A stretch of DNA of 63,790 bases, filler included, from 7 parts of 7 records of this genome joined end to end with filler, not necessarily neighbours in it, one strand, 5' to 3'; positions 50,261 to 61,257 are shown, counted from the whole stretch's first letter. The notes: a model not told the origin generated them from the sequence alone. A program made the numbers and translations.

Positions 50261-53238
50261 ACGAAGGTTTAGAAGGGATAACAACTATCAACAAACACTT
50301 TTTAATAAATATAATATTGATGAAACATATCTTCAGACAAGTAAACAGAGGCATGCTTGTCTAAATCTACTTGAAAAAGTTGATCAAAAGAAAAAAATAG
50401 ATGAAAAACAATTAATTAATAAAGTAGCAAATACATTTAGGGGAACAGAATTATATAAAAAGATAGCTTCCTGCACAACAGTAGCAGCACTACTTATTGT
50501 GATGCAAAGTGCACCTGTTTTTGCTGAGACAGTTTTGAATTTTCAATCACAATCTGAAATTGTTCAAATAGAGAAGGAAGCGATAGCTGAAAATAGAGTT
50601 ATTTTTGATGAGGACAGTTTATTTGGGGATCAAGAACAGGTAAGACAACCTGAAATAAAAAATACTTCACTTCATTTCGTATCAAACAAGCCTCAATTTA
50701 ATGATTATAGCCAAATGGAATTAAATGGTGTATTAATAGATGAAGATTCAGATATATCTTATTTTGAGAGACAGGAGATAACCTCTTTAACAGTAATTGA
50801 TACTACAATAGAAGATTGGAAGACTCTAGCAAAAAGTGTAAATCAAGGCTCTATCCTTTTACTTAAAAAAGATGATAATCCACTAGATAGGATGTTAGAA
50901 ACCCTAAAGACACTTCAACATGTAGAATCTCTTAATATCATCTCACATGGTTCAAGCGGTAAACTTCACTTTTCTGATAAAAGAATTTCAAAAGAATCAC
51001 TACAAACAAATAAAGCCAAATGGGAAGAGCTTGGAACTTATCTCGATAAAGATGGGGATATCAATTTATTTGGATGTAATGTTGCCCAAGGTGAGAGTGG
51101 AAAAGAGTTTATATCTGAACTTGCCAAACTTACACAAGCAGATATTGGAGCTTCACTTAATCATACTGGGAATGAAAGTAAAGGTGGAGATTGGGAACTT
51201 GAAGTTGCTGTTGGAGATATAAGTACTAAAGAGATATTTAATTCAAATAAAAATCTTTTTAAACAATTACTAGCGTGGAGTGGTACGATTGATTTTTCAC
51301 ATGTAAAAACTGCAGGTGATGCTAGTCAAAGTAGCTCAATAAATGCAGAAGCATATGAAAGTGCATCAAAAAATTTCACTCTTGTATTAGATGGGGCAAG
51401 TGGTAGTACTCAAATTTATGCTGGATACGCCTATTCAAATCCTCCTACCAATGAGACTAAATTAACTCTTTATTTTAAAGATGCTACTTTTTCTCCAAAT
51501 TCAATATATATTTATTCAAATAATGCTGCGTGTGATGCTACTTTTAATTTTTCAACAAATGATGGGGGAAGTCTTTCTTCTACTGTTGTGGATTTATATG
51601 GGTTAACTGTTGATCTTACTTCTTTACCTGACAATGTCGATAAACTGTATATTACTGAAACTGGTAATGATTGTTTTGATTATAGTCATAATTTTATGGA
51701 GTTTATAGTTGATAATTTAACAGCTACAGATGGAACAATAACAGCAGGTGACGGTGTAGATGAAAGTAGTACAGTAAATATACCTACCACAGCAACAGCT
51801 TCAGGTAGTGCTGTAGATATATTTGATTTTAAAATAACAGATGGTGGGACAGCAGATGCTACAGCCTTAACGGCAACATCTATAGATATTCATGTAAGTG
51901 GAACAGATAACTCTAAACTAACTTACCTTCTAGCCAATGCCTCCTCAGGGACAAATCAAGGATCAGACCTTTCAAGTTCAATTACAGGAAGTTATAGTAG
52001 TGGTACTGTAACCTTTGATTTAAGTAGTAATAATATAGTAGTAGCCGATGGAACTAGTGAAACCTATGTAGTAAAAGCTTTTTTTAATGATGCCACATCA
52101 ATCACGGATAATACAGCAATTACAGTCTCTATAGATGGAGATACTGATCTAACCGTTGATAGCGGTGGAACAGCTGTGAATGGAACACAAACTGCTATTG
52201 ATAATAGTGGAAATGCTAGTATGGCAGTTACAGCTACAAAACTCACTTTTTCAACTGAACCTGCCGGAAGTACCAGTGGAAGTACTCTAACAACCCAACC
52301 AGTAGTTACAGCCCAAGATGCAAGTGGAAATACAGATACAGATTATACTTCAACTGTAACTTTAAGTGAATCAAGTAGTGGAAGTTTAAGTGGAGATATA
52401 GATATAACAGCAAGTTCCGGAGTGGCCACTTTTACAGATGTAGTGTATACAGCAACTGTCGATGGAGAAAGTTTTGTTTTAACAGCAAGTGATAGCTCAA
52501 TCACTGATGCTACCTCTGGTTCTGTTACAAGTGATGTAGTAGCCACAAAACTAGTCTTTACCACGGAACCATCCCCAACGGCATTAGAAAATGGCGTGCA
52601 GATGGACTTTACAACTGATCCAGTTGTAGAAGCAAGAGATGCCAATGATATAAAAGATACAGATTTTACAGAAACTATAACATTAAGTGAAAATGGTAGT
52701 GGTAGTGGATCTTTTACAAATAACTCAGTTTCTGCTGTAGCTGGCGTAGCTACATTTACGGGACTTACATTAAATCATGATACAGATGAAACTTTTCAAC
52801 TTGTGGCAGATGATCAAGCTAGTGTAGCTACAGATCTTTCCACTGTAAATAGTTCAGATATAACAGTTACTAGCGCACCAACAATCACAAGCGCAACATA
52901 CAATGCTTCAACTGGAGTATTGGTAATAACAGGATCAGGCTTAACAGCAGGTGATGGAATAGATGAGACAACACTAACATTAACAGGTGAGGGTGGAACT
53001 ACATATACCTTAGTAGAACAAGGAACAATAACAGCAACAGACTCTACAACAATCTCTATCACCCTAGATTCAACAAATAAAAATGAAGTAAACCTATTAC
53101 TAAATAAAGCTGGTACAAGCTCAACAGGTGCAACCACATATAACCTAGCCGCAGCATCAAACTGGAATACTACTAGTTCAGATGAGAGTGCAGAGGCAAT
53201 ACAAGCAATAACAGTAAGTAGTGTACAAACACCAACAA
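50253..53238 (+). CDS. Large Thr/Ser-rich surface protein with DUF4347 and Ig-like repeats, 3'-partial
   Basis: IISHGSSG, LFGCNVA.G..G..F and GGDWELE (DUF4347); repeated ATKL.F.TEP...GVATFT units; PTITSATY unit. Confidence 0.88.
52232..52870 (+). repeat. Two tandem ~105-aa Ig-like repeats inside the DUF4347 protein
   Basis: ATKLTFSTEP..VVTAQDASGNTDTDY..TLSE..GVATFT compared with ATKLVFTTEP..VVEARDANDIKDTDF..TLSE..GVATFT. Confidence 0.75.
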
Positions 53239-53338
53239 NNNNNNNNNNNNNNNNNNNNNNNNNNNNNNNNNNNNNNNNNNNNTTAATTAATTAANNNNNN
53301 NNNNNNNNNNNNNNNNNNNNNNNNNNNNNNNNNNNNNN
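53239..53338. other. Artificial contig spacer
   Basis: N44-TTAATTAATTAA-N44. Confidence 0.99.
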
Positions 53339-53509
53339 AAAAATTCCATCAATTATATCCTGATCCGAATGTCTTCGCATTATCAAACCATATTAAATGC
53401 TCTATTAAAGAAAAGATTTAATATCATTAATAGTGATGTAAGAATGACATTGGATGGATATGCTGAAAAACATGATCCTAACCTGGTCCATCTTACGAGA
53501 TGGGTATGA
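53339..53509 (+). CDS. 3' end of a hypothetical protein
   Basis: Open frame from the gap to ...SDVRMTLDGYAEKHDPNLVHLTRWV*. Confidence 0.5.
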   Translation, partial: KNSINYILIRMSSHYQTILNALLKKRFNIINSDVRMTLDGYAEKHDPNLVHLTRWV

Positions 53510-53544
53510 ACCTACAAGAACGTATGTTTTAATTTATTAAAAGT

Positions 53545-54337
53545 ATGAAGAAAAATGAATTAAAAGTGATCTCTGCCAGCCGTCGTGTTGATATGGTGGC
53601 CGGAACACCTGAAAAACTGGCGCACGTGCTTGAAGAAAAATGTCCGCAGGAACGGGTTCATACACTGGTTTTATGGACTAAAAATGCCGATAATATTCTT
53701 CATCATCCGAAGCTTCATTCTCAATTACAAAAATATGATCAGCTTTTTTTACAATATACCATTACCGGGATGGGTGGAACTATATTGGAACCTTTTGTCC
53801 CTTCTCGATTCTATTCTTTATCACTTTTGTCTGAGTTGATTGATTTTTTAAAGTCTCCTTGCGCATACGTATTCGATTTGATCCGATAATCCATTTTTGC
53901 CTTCAGAATGGACAAGAAATATGTAATCTCAACTATTTCCCCGAGCTTGCACACGAAATCGCAAAATATGGGATTCGGGATGTGTCAACGAGTTGGGCGC
54001 ACATTTATGCCAAAGTCAAAAGTCGTCTTTTAAAGAGAAATATTCGTCCAATAGAAATCAATAAAACTCAAAAACTGAAAGAGTTCGCCTGGATGAGAGA
54101 GGTGGCCCTGGAAAATGCTCTTAAAATACATGTATGCTGTGACAGTGGTTTCCCGGAATCAAAGTGCATTGATGGCACACTTTATAACACTTTGCACCCA
54201 AAGGGTTATAAGGCATCTGAAAAGCGGGCAACGTCACAAAGAAAACGATGCGGATGCACCGAGAGCTGGGATATTGGTTGGTATAATACCTGTGTTCATG
54301 GGTGTGTTTATTGTTATGGAAATCCGAAACAACTTGA
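53545..54337 (+). CDS. DUF1848 family protein (C-terminal CxxxCxxC, radical-SAM-like); frameshift at ~53860, 3' end uncertain
   Basis: ISASRR.D, WTKN, TITG, RFDPI, CIDG and QR..CGC..S.DIG.Y.TC.HGC.YCY.N motifs. Confidence 0.85.
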
Positions 54338-54401
54338 CGATCATTGCATTTATTTAGAATCCGCAAAAGAAAATGAATTTCTAGCTAAAGGTGTTGAAAA
54401 A

Positions 54402-54892
54402 ATGTCACTTGTATTGACTATTCTTGTTATTGCTTTCGGGCTGATTATTGCGATTATTGGTTTAATTGGTTGTATTTTGCCTGTTCTCCCCGGACCACCT
54501 TTAAGTTTTTTAGCTTTGATTGTGTTGTCTATGGCTAAGAACTGGGAGCCATTCAGTGCCACTTTTTTAATAATAATGGCTGCTCTGACAATACTTGTTA
54601 CAATTTTGGATTATGTCATGCCGGCAGCCGGTGCGAAAAAATATGGTGCGTCAAAATTGAGTGTCTGGGGATCCATTTTAGGTATGTTCCTGGGATTGTT
54701 TGTATTTCCTCCTGGGGTATGTTGATTGGTGCCTTTGCCGGAGCTTTACTGGGTGAAATTCTAACAGGTAAGGGAGGACAGAAAGCTTTGCGTGCAGGAT
54801 GGGGTGTTTTTATAGGCAATATTTTTGGAGTTGGATTAAAGTTAGCTCTTTCCGCAACGATTCTTGTTTTTTACATAATAAAGATGGTTTGA
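54402..54892 (+). CDS. DUF456 membrane protein; apparent frameshift at ~54712
   Basis: G..GCILPVLPGPPL and DY......KKYGAS motifs. The continuation WGMLIGAFAGALLGE...KLA is in the shifted frame and ends at 54892. Confidence 0.82.
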
Positions 54893-54915
54893 AAAAAGAA
54901 CATGAGGAATTGGCT

Positions 54916-55788
54916 ATGGTGCGTTTGTCTTTTTTACCAAAACATGGTTTTATTGGCCTCTTGTTTATTTCCAGTGGCTGGTATTTGGCGTGGCAAAGGC
55001 CAGAGGGATTACAATTCATATGGGAAAATTCATTTTTATTGCTCTGGGTAGGTTATTCGTTTTTTATAGATGGACTTAATTATAAAATAAAAGGTTCCTC
55101 ACTGTTCAGTCGTAATCGGGCAGCTTTTCTAGGTATGTTCCTACTCTCTATCCCGGGATGGTGGTTATTTGAGTTTTTTAATGTTTTTCTGCAAAACTGG
55201 CATTATGTGTTTAATCGACCGATTGGGCCTTTAGAGTATGCAATTCGTTCCTCTATCCATTTTAGCATTGTCACTCCGGCAGTTATTGGCACTGCTGAAT
55301 TATGGGCCTCCTTTCCATTTTTCAAATCATTGACAAAGCGAGCACCTTGTGCGGTCACTGATCGTCAAGCAGCGAATGTCATTCTTCTCGGGATGCTAAT
55401 GTTGACTGCAGTGATTACTTTACCGCGATATTCCTTCCCGTTAGTATGGATTTGTCTTATCCTGATCATGGATCCTGTAAATTACATGAAGGGTATTCCT
55501 TCTGTAATTAATTTTGTTAAAGATGGTAATTATCGACCGGTTATCGTGTTAGCCCTTGGAGCCCTTTCATGTGGATTTTTTTGGGAAATGTGGAATTATT
55601 ATGCAATGCCCAAATGGATTTACACAGTGCCGTTTGTTGATTTTTGTCATGTTTTTGAAATGCCTGTTTTAGGTTATCTGGGATATTTACCTTTTGGTAT
55701 TGAAGTATTTCTGCTTTATCATTTATTAATTGAGCTGCTGGGAAAATCCACTGTTATTTACGGTGGTGAAAATTATATCCAGTTATAA
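54916..55788 (+). CDS. Conserved hypothetical membrane protein
   Basis: About 8 TMs; WWLFE..N..LQNW.Y, GFFWE.WN and FEMP.LGY.GY.PF motifs; GAGGA RBS before the ATG at 54916. Confidence 0.8.
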   Translation: MVRLSFLPKHGFIGLLFISSGWYLAWQRPEGLQFIWENSFLLLWVGYSFFIDGLNYKIKGSSLFSRNRAAFLGMFLLSIPGWWLFEFFNVFLQNWHYVFNRPIGPLEYAIRSSIHFSIVTPAVIGTAELWASFPFFKSLTKRAPCAVTDRQAANVILLGMLMLTAVITLPRYSFPLVWICLILIMDPVNYMKGIPSVINFVKDGNYRPVIVLALGALSCGFFWEMWNYYAMPKWIYTVPFVDFCHVFEMPVLGYLGYLPFGIEVFLLYHLLIELLGKSTVIYGGENYIQL

Positions 55789-55937
55789 ACGAATTAAAAA
55801 AAGATTAAATGAATCATTGAATTATATTAGCCATCTAAATGTTTAGAAATTACGACCGATTTTCTATTGCAATAGAAAAGAATTATTTGTATTTTTTATC
55901 AAAAGAATTATGGACGATTTATGATAGGAGAGAATGG

Positions 55938-56264
55938 ATGGGAAACGCAATTGAAATTACAGACAGTAATTTTGAAACTGAAGTAATATCATCTGATATT
56001 CCAGTATTAATAGATTTCTGGGCTGTGTGGTGTGGCCCTTGTAAAATGGTAGCTCCGGTTGTTGAAGAAGTTGCAGGTGAATATGTGGGAAAATTAAAGG
56101 TAGGCAAGCTGGATGTTGATAATAATCGTCAAACAGCCATGAATTACGGAATTCGGAGCATCCCGACTCTGTTGGTGTTTAAAGAGGGGAAGGTTGTTGA
56201 ACAGATTGTGGGTGCTGTATCTAAAAGCCATTTGATTGATAAAATAGAACCACATTTGCAGTAA
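55938..56264 (+). CDS. trxA: Thioredoxin
   Basis: DFWAVWCGPCK and SIPT motifs; AGGAG RBS. Confidence 0.96.
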   Translation: MGNAIEITDSNFETEVISSDIPVLIDFWAVWCGPCKMVAPVVEEVAGEYVGKLKVGKLDVDNNRQTAMNYGIRSIPTLLVFKEGKVVEQIVGAVSKSHLIDKIEPHLQ

Positions 56265-56387
56265 GGGATTGCCTGGTTTTTTTATAGGCAAGTATTTTAT
56301 AAAAAGTGATTGTAAAAGGTGTCTGTTAATCGATACTAATTCATTAGAGTAGAGGCTAAATAGCTGAATTAAATCTGATTTAAACTT

Positions 56388-57470
56388 ATGAAAAACATTT
56401 ATGCTGTGATTATGGCAGGTGGAGTGGGTACACGGTTTTGGCCCAAAAGTCGTCAGAAAATACCAAAGCAATACCTTGATCTGGCAGGCAAAGACACGAT
56501 GATACAAATGGCGGCAAAACGACTTTGTCAGCTGGTTCCGAAAAATCAACTTTATATTGTTTCAACAAAAGATCAGGCTTTACTTTTAAAGTCTCAATTA
56601 TCCTGGTTGCCGACATCGAATATCATTTTTGAACCTTTTGGTAAAAATACAGCACCTTGTATTGGCCTCTCAGCCATCCATTTATATCATCATTTTCCAG
56701 ATGCCGTAATGATTATCTTGCCAGCCGATCATTTAATCAGTAATTCTCCCAAATTTCTCAGCATACTTGAACAAGGGGTCGCTTTAGCACAAGACCACTC
56801 GGATGCACTTATTACAATTGGTATTCAGCCGACTTTTCCAGCAACAGGATATGGTTATATCCAGAGGGGGAAAAAGATAAGTGGTGCTGATAGTAAGGCT
56901 TATAAAGTCCGCGCATTTGCTGAAAAGCCAACTCAGGATGTTGCAGATACATTTTTTGCCAGTGGCGAGTTTCTCTGGAATAGTGGTATATTTATCTGGC
57001 GTGCCAAAACCGTATTAGATTATATCGAGCAACTCATGCCCGACCTCTATCAGGGCCTCTGTCAAATTGAAGAGGCTATTGGTACCCCACGGTTGGATAA
57101 AGTCACAGAGACCGTTTATAAGCAGATCTATAGTGAATCTATTGATTATGGTGTTATGGAGCACGCACGACATGTTCTTGTTTTAGAAGGAGATTTTGGC
57201 TGGAATGATATTGGAAGTTGGGATGCTGTTTATGAAATGTCAGAAAAGTGTACCAAAGGTAATGTTGTTCGGGGGCTGCCAATCCTTAAAGATGTTAAAA
57301 ATTCGTATGTAGAAGTAAATAGTGATCGAGTCGTTTCTCTTGTTGGAGTTGATGATTTGATCGTTGTCGATACGCCTGATGCATTACTAATTTGTAAGCG
57401 AAACAAGTCACAGGATGTCAAATGGGTCGTGGAAAAGTTAAAACACAACGGACAAAAAAGTCACATTTGA
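56388..57470 (+). CDS. manC: Mannose-1-phosphate guanylyltransferase
   Basis: MAGGVGTRFWPKSR...PKQ, NTAP, PADH, F.EKP, WNSG and SIDY motifs. Confidence 0.93.
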   Translation: MKNIYAVIMAGGVGTRFWPKSRQKIPKQYLDLAGKDTMIQMAAKRLCQLVPKNQLYIVSTKDQALLLKSQLSWLPTSNIIFEPFGKNTAPCIGLSAIHLYHHFPDAVMIILPADHLISNSPKFLSILEQGVALAQDHSDALITIGIQPTFPATGYGYIQRGKKISGADSKAYKVRAFAEKPTQDVADTFFASGEFLWNSGIFIWRAKTVLDYIEQLMPDLYQGLCQIEEAIGTPRLDKVTETVYKQIYSESIDYGVMEHARHVLVLEGDFGWNDIGSWDAVYEMSEKCTKGNVVRGLPILKDVKNSYVEVNSDRVVSLVGVDDLIVVDTPDALLICKRNKSQDVKWVVEKLKHNGQKSHI

Positions 57471-57748
57471 GTAATGATGCTCAAGAAGAAAAAACATTGC
57501 AAGATCTTGAAACCCTGGCGGATAAGTTAGATATCGAGATACGATACGAAAGAGGTGATTTCAGCGGTGGATGTTGCAGAGTTGGTGAAAAACACCTCAT
57601 TTTATTACAGAAAAACGATCCTGCCTATAAAAAGGTGTATCTTTTAGCCAGAGAATTGGGCCAATTCGATCTGGATGATGATATGGTTGTTCCGGCTATA
57701 AAAAAATTATTAGAATCTGATAAAAATATCGAAATGAATTCAAAATAG
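57467..57748 (+). CDS. Hypothetical protein
   Basis: TTG start overlapping the manC stop; IRYERGDF.GG.CR...LAREL. Confidence 0.65.
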   Translation: MSNDAQEEKTLQDLETLADKLDIEIRYERGDFSGGCCRVGEKHLILLQKNDPAYKKVYLLARELGQFDLDDDMVVPAIKKLLESDKNIEMNSK

Positions 57749-57768
57749 TGTTTTAGGAGAATATTCGT

Positions 57769-58242
57769 ATGCAAAAATCAGAATTATCACAATATTTTAA
57801 GGATGATCTCTTCCTTGCAGATGTCAAATCGACCACAAAAGAAGAGGTGCTTGGAGAACTTTTAGAGTTGTTTGTAAATACAAAATATATTCGTAACAGA
57901 GACATCGTATTAGACATGCTTCATCAACGCGAAACCCTTGGAAGCACTGGTATTGGTAAAGGTGTGGCCATTCCACACGGTCGTACTCTTGCAGCGTCAG
58001 ATGTACTTATTGCGTTTGGTCGATCGGAAAAAGGCATTGATTTTAATTCCATAGATAATAAACCGGTCTATCTCTTTTTTATGGTTATCGCCCCACCCCA
58101 TGATGATGGCAACAATTATTTACCTATTTTGGGTAGCCTTGTCACGATTTTAAATGAAAAAAGCAATCGTGATGATTTATTAAAAGTACAAAATTTTAAT
58201 GATTTTATACAAATAATTACTGGAGAGTCGGTAGATGAGTAA
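57769..58242 (+). CDS. PTS EIIA domain protein (Ntr/fructose-type)
   Basis: RETLGSTGIGKGVAIPHGR motif containing the phosphorylated His. Confidence 0.92.
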   Translation: MQKSELSQYFKDDLFLADVKSTTKEEVLGELLELFVNTKYIRNRDIVLDMLHQRETLGSTGIGKGVAIPHGRTLAASDVLIAFGRSEKGIDFNSIDNKPVYLFFMVIAPPHDDGNNYLPILGSLVTILNEKSNRDDLLKVQNFNDFIQIITGESVDE

Positions 58243-58570
58243 AACGAATTTAGAATTATTAGTTTCGTTACAGGATCTTGACCTTATGATTGAAGAAGCT
58301 GATGATGTTGAAAAGCTTGGTTTTGCTGTAACAGGAACGGATCAGCTGAAAAAAGCCAGAGAAGAGCTTGCAGCGAGTATAAGCAAACCCTTACTTGGTC
58401 GATATGAGAGACTAAGAGCGAAGCTAAAACGGGCTGTTGTACCCGTTAAAAATGATGTATGTCTGGGTTGCTTCCTGCGACAGCCAACCTCACGCGGAGT
58501 TAAAGGACGGGAAGATGAATTGTTGTTCTCTTGCGAGAATTGCGGTAGAATGCTATATTGGTTGGAATAG
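58235..58570 (+). CDS. Short C4 zinc-ribbon (DUF164-like) protein
   Basis: LQDLD, YER, CLGCF and CENCGRMLY motifs. Confidence 0.85.
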   Translation: MSKTNLELLVSLQDLDLMIEEADDVEKLGFAVTGTDQLKKAREELAASISKPLLGRYERLRAKLKRAVVPVKNDVCLGCFLRQPTSRGVKGREDELLFSCENCGRMLYWLE

Positions 58571-58647
58571 TAACAAAGATTGTGTTAACCATGAAATAGT
58601 TAATTGTGTGACTCATTTATCGATCTTTTTACCAAATAGTATAAATA

Positions 58648-58676
58648 AAAAAAGCCACTTGTACAAGTGGCTTTTT
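58648..58676. terminator. Bidirectional intrinsic terminator
   Basis: aaaaaagccacttg-ta-caagtggcttttt. Confidence 0.8.
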
Positions 58677-58776
58677 NNNNNNNNNNNNNNNNNNNNNNNN
58701 NNNNNNNNNNNNNNNNNNNNTTAATTAATTAANNNNNNNNNNNNNNNNNNNNNNNNNNNNNNNNNNNNNNNNNNNN
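58677..58776. other. Artificial contig spacer
   Basis: N44-TTAATTAATTAA-N44. Confidence 0.99.
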
Positions 58777-59253
58777 TTTTTACTGACAAGTAAAACCTCG
58801 GCAAATGAGATTATTGCCCACCAGAAAAAAGTTAATACTAATACTATCCAGATTGTGGATTCCCTGATGGATGGAAAATATGAAGATATCAGGCTTGCCA
58901 TTCCTGCTGTCAAAATAGTTCAGGTTATTCATGTTCTGGATGAATCGAGCATCGATGAAGCTATCGAAATTTCCGAAAGCGTAGACGCTCTTTTGCTCGA
59001 TAGTGGCAATCCGAACTTATCCACCAAAAAACTTGGTGGTACCGGAAAAACTCATAACTGGAAACTGAGCCGGAAAATAGTTGAACAAAGCAAAATTCCT
59101 GTATTTCTTGCAGGCGGACTTAGCCCCGAAAACATACAAAAAGCAATTGATGAAGTTCAACCATTTGGAGTAGATATTTGTAGCGGTGTGAGGTCAAATA
59201 ATGCTTTGGATGAAAGCAAACTGGAGGCATTTTTCAGGTTGATCGAGATGTAG
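58777..59253 (+). CDS. trpF: Phosphoribosylanthranilate isomerase, 5'-partial
   Basis: LLDSG...LGGTG.THNW, LAGGL..EN and GVD.CSGV motifs. Confidence 0.9.
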   Translation, partial: FLLTSKTSANEIIAHQKKVNTNTIQIVDSLMDGKYEDIRLAIPAVKIVQVIHVLDESSIDEAIEISESVDALLLDSGNPNLSTKKLGGTGKTHNWKLSRKIVEQSKIPVFLAGGLSPENIQKAIDEVQPFGVDICSGVRSNNALDESKLEAFFRLIEM

Positions 59254-59489
59254 TAGAGGATGCACGCAATGCAAGTGCAATTTCCGTTGCCAAGAGACGC
59301 GTGTCGGAAAATCTATAATAATATCAATGAATTACGCGTAATAGATCTTTCGACTTTTCAGAGGATGACGAATAGAAGGAAATTTGATAATTAAAAGAAA
59401 AAGTCAGCTAAAATTTTGACGCAGATGTAATAAATTGTGGTAGTATCTTTCCGGTGACGATGCTGTATAAATAAAAAAAGGAGAAAAGA

Positions 59490-61190
59490 ATGATTTTATT
59501 GAATCCTAATAAACACGAACGTCAATATCCCGATGAGAGATCAAAAGAAATAGTCTTGAAAACCATCGAGTTTTTTGAAAATAAAGGTAAGGTAAAGCTA
59601 AAAGAAGACGATCACGAAAGACTTTGGTATGCTGATTTTCTTGAATTTGTAAAAGAAAACAAAATCTTTTCTCAACTGGTTACACCGGAAAAATACGCCG
59701 ATGGTGATCCTGATACCAGATGGGATACTTGGAGAGCATGCGAATTTAACGAAGTTTTGGGATTTTATGGTCTTCATTACTGGTACACATGGCAGGTTTC
59801 CATTTTGGGTCTTGGGCCTATCTTCATGTCTGACAACGAAGAAGCAAAGAAAAAAGCTGCAAAATTCCTGAAAGAGGGTGGAATATTCGCCTTTGGTCTT
59901 TCGGAAAAAGAGCATGGCGCGGATGTATACAACACTGACATGATTCTGACTCCACAAGAAGATGGCAGCTATCTTGCCAATGGATATAAATATTATATCG
60001 GAAACGGAAATGAAGCTTCGATGGTTTCTGTTTTCGGTAAATTGGCAGATACTGATGAATACGTTTTCTTTGCGGCCGATTCGCAGCATGAAAACTATGT
60101 TTGCAGAAGAAATCTGGTGAACACTCAATCATACGTCTCGGAATTTTCCTTGCATGATTATCCGGTTACAGAAGCCGATATTTTACACAAAGGTAAAGGA
60201 GCTTTCCATGCTGCTTTGAATACCGTCAATGTTGGTAAATACAACCTTGGTTGGGCCAGTGTCGGAATCTGTACTCATGCACTATACGAAGCGATAACCC
60301 ACGCATCAAACCGTAATCTTTACGGCATGATGGTAACGGATTTCCCACATGTAAAGCAGAATTTCGTTGATGCTTATGCCAGACTTACTGCAATGAAACT
60401 GTTCGGTTTGAGAGCTTCCGACTATATGCGTTCTGCATCAAATGAAGACAGAAGATATCTGCTTTACAACCCGATCATGAAAATGAAGGTTACGACTGAA
60501 GGTGAAAAAGTTATCGATTTGCTCTGGGACGTAATTGCTGCCAGAGGCTTTGAAGGCGAGACATATTTTGAAGCTGCGGCAAGAGATATTCGCGCATTAC
60601 CAAAACTTGAAGGAACTGTTCATGTTAATGTGGCATTGATTATCAAATTCATGGCAAATTACCTGTTTGTCCCTAAAGAATTCCCAGAGATCCCGACTGT
60701 AAATGATGTCAAGGATGATGAGTTCCTCTTCAATCAGGGACCAACCAAAGGATTGGGTAAAATTCAGTTCCATGATTACAGCAAGGCATATGAGCTGTTT
60801 GATGTGCCTAATCTTAATTTGTTCAAAGAACAAATTGCTGTATTTAAAGAAGCTCTGATGGTTGCTCCACCAAATAAAGAGCAGCGGCGTGATATTGATC
60901 TTCTACTAAGCGTCGGTGATCTTTTCACCATGATTGCCTATGGTCAACTGATCCTTGAAAACGCAAAATTGCTTAATGTCGATGAAGCTATGGTCGATCA
61001 GATTTTTGATGTTATGGTACGTGATTTCTCAAAATCGGCTCTCGATTTCTACCTGAAAACAAGCTCCAACGACCAGCAAAAAGAGTATTGCCTGAAAATG
61101 GTCAGAAAACCTGCTTTTGATGCTGATCGCTATGAAAAGATATGGAAAGAAGTACATGGTCTTGATGGTGCATACGAAATGAAGCCTTAA
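59490..61190 (+). CDS. Acyl-CoA dehydrogenase family protein
   Basis: FGLSEKEHGAD, NG.KYYIGNG and P.LEGTVHVN motifs; AAGGAG RBS. Confidence 0.92.
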   Translation: MILLNPNKHERQYPDERSKEIVLKTIEFFENKGKVKLKEDDHERLWYADFLEFVKENKIFSQLVTPEKYADGDPDTRWDTWRACEFNEVLGFYGLHYWYTWQVSILGLGPIFMSDNEEAKKKAAKFLKEGGIFAFGLSEKEHGADVYNTDMILTPQEDGSYLANGYKYYIGNGNEASMVSVFGKLADTDEYVFFAADSQHENYVCRRNLVNTQSYVSEFSLHDYPVTEADILHKGKGAFHAALNTVNVGKYNLGWASVGICTHALYEAITHASNRNLYGMMVTDFPHVKQNFVDAYARLTAMKLFGLRASDYMRSASNEDRRYLLYNPIMKMKVTTEGEKVIDLLWDVIAARGFEGETYFEAAARDIRALPKLEGTVHVNVALIIKFMANYLFVPKEFPEIPTVNDVKDDEFLFNQGPTKGLGKIQFHDYSKAYELFDVPNLNLFKEQIAVFKEALMVAPPNKEQRRDIDLLLSVGDLFTMIAYGQLILENAKLLNVDEAMVDQIFDVMVRDFSKSALDFYLKTSSNDQQKEYCLKMVRKPAFDADRYEKIWKEVHGLDGAYEMKP

Positions 61191-61217
61191 GTTGAAACAA
61201 GCTTTCAAGTAATTTAC

Positions 61218-61257
61218 AAAACGCCACGGTGACTATATGTTATCGTGGCGTTTTTTT
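61218..61257 (+). terminator. Intrinsic terminator after the acyl-CoA dehydrogenase
   Basis: aaaacgccacggtgac...gttatcgtggcgttttttt. Confidence 0.8.

Noticed and set aside
53859-54725. Apparent DUF1848-DUF456 fusion ORF
   Set aside because: DUF456 has its own RBS and ATG at 54402. One extra A at ~54328 gives NPKTT* and ends DUF1848 normally, and both genes have other indel errors.
54720-54725. TGT-TGA (Cys-Sec-like) end suggesting a selenoprotein
   Set aside because: It arises from the frameshift at ~54712; the DUF456 sequence continues in another frame. No other in-frame TGA at a Cys position was noticed.
59254-59400. IHF consensus match (59322-59334) and a REP-like fragment (agatctttcgac...aggatgac) after trpF
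   Set aside because: Single degenerate copy with no partner repeat or transposase in the window, so an element cannot be supported.
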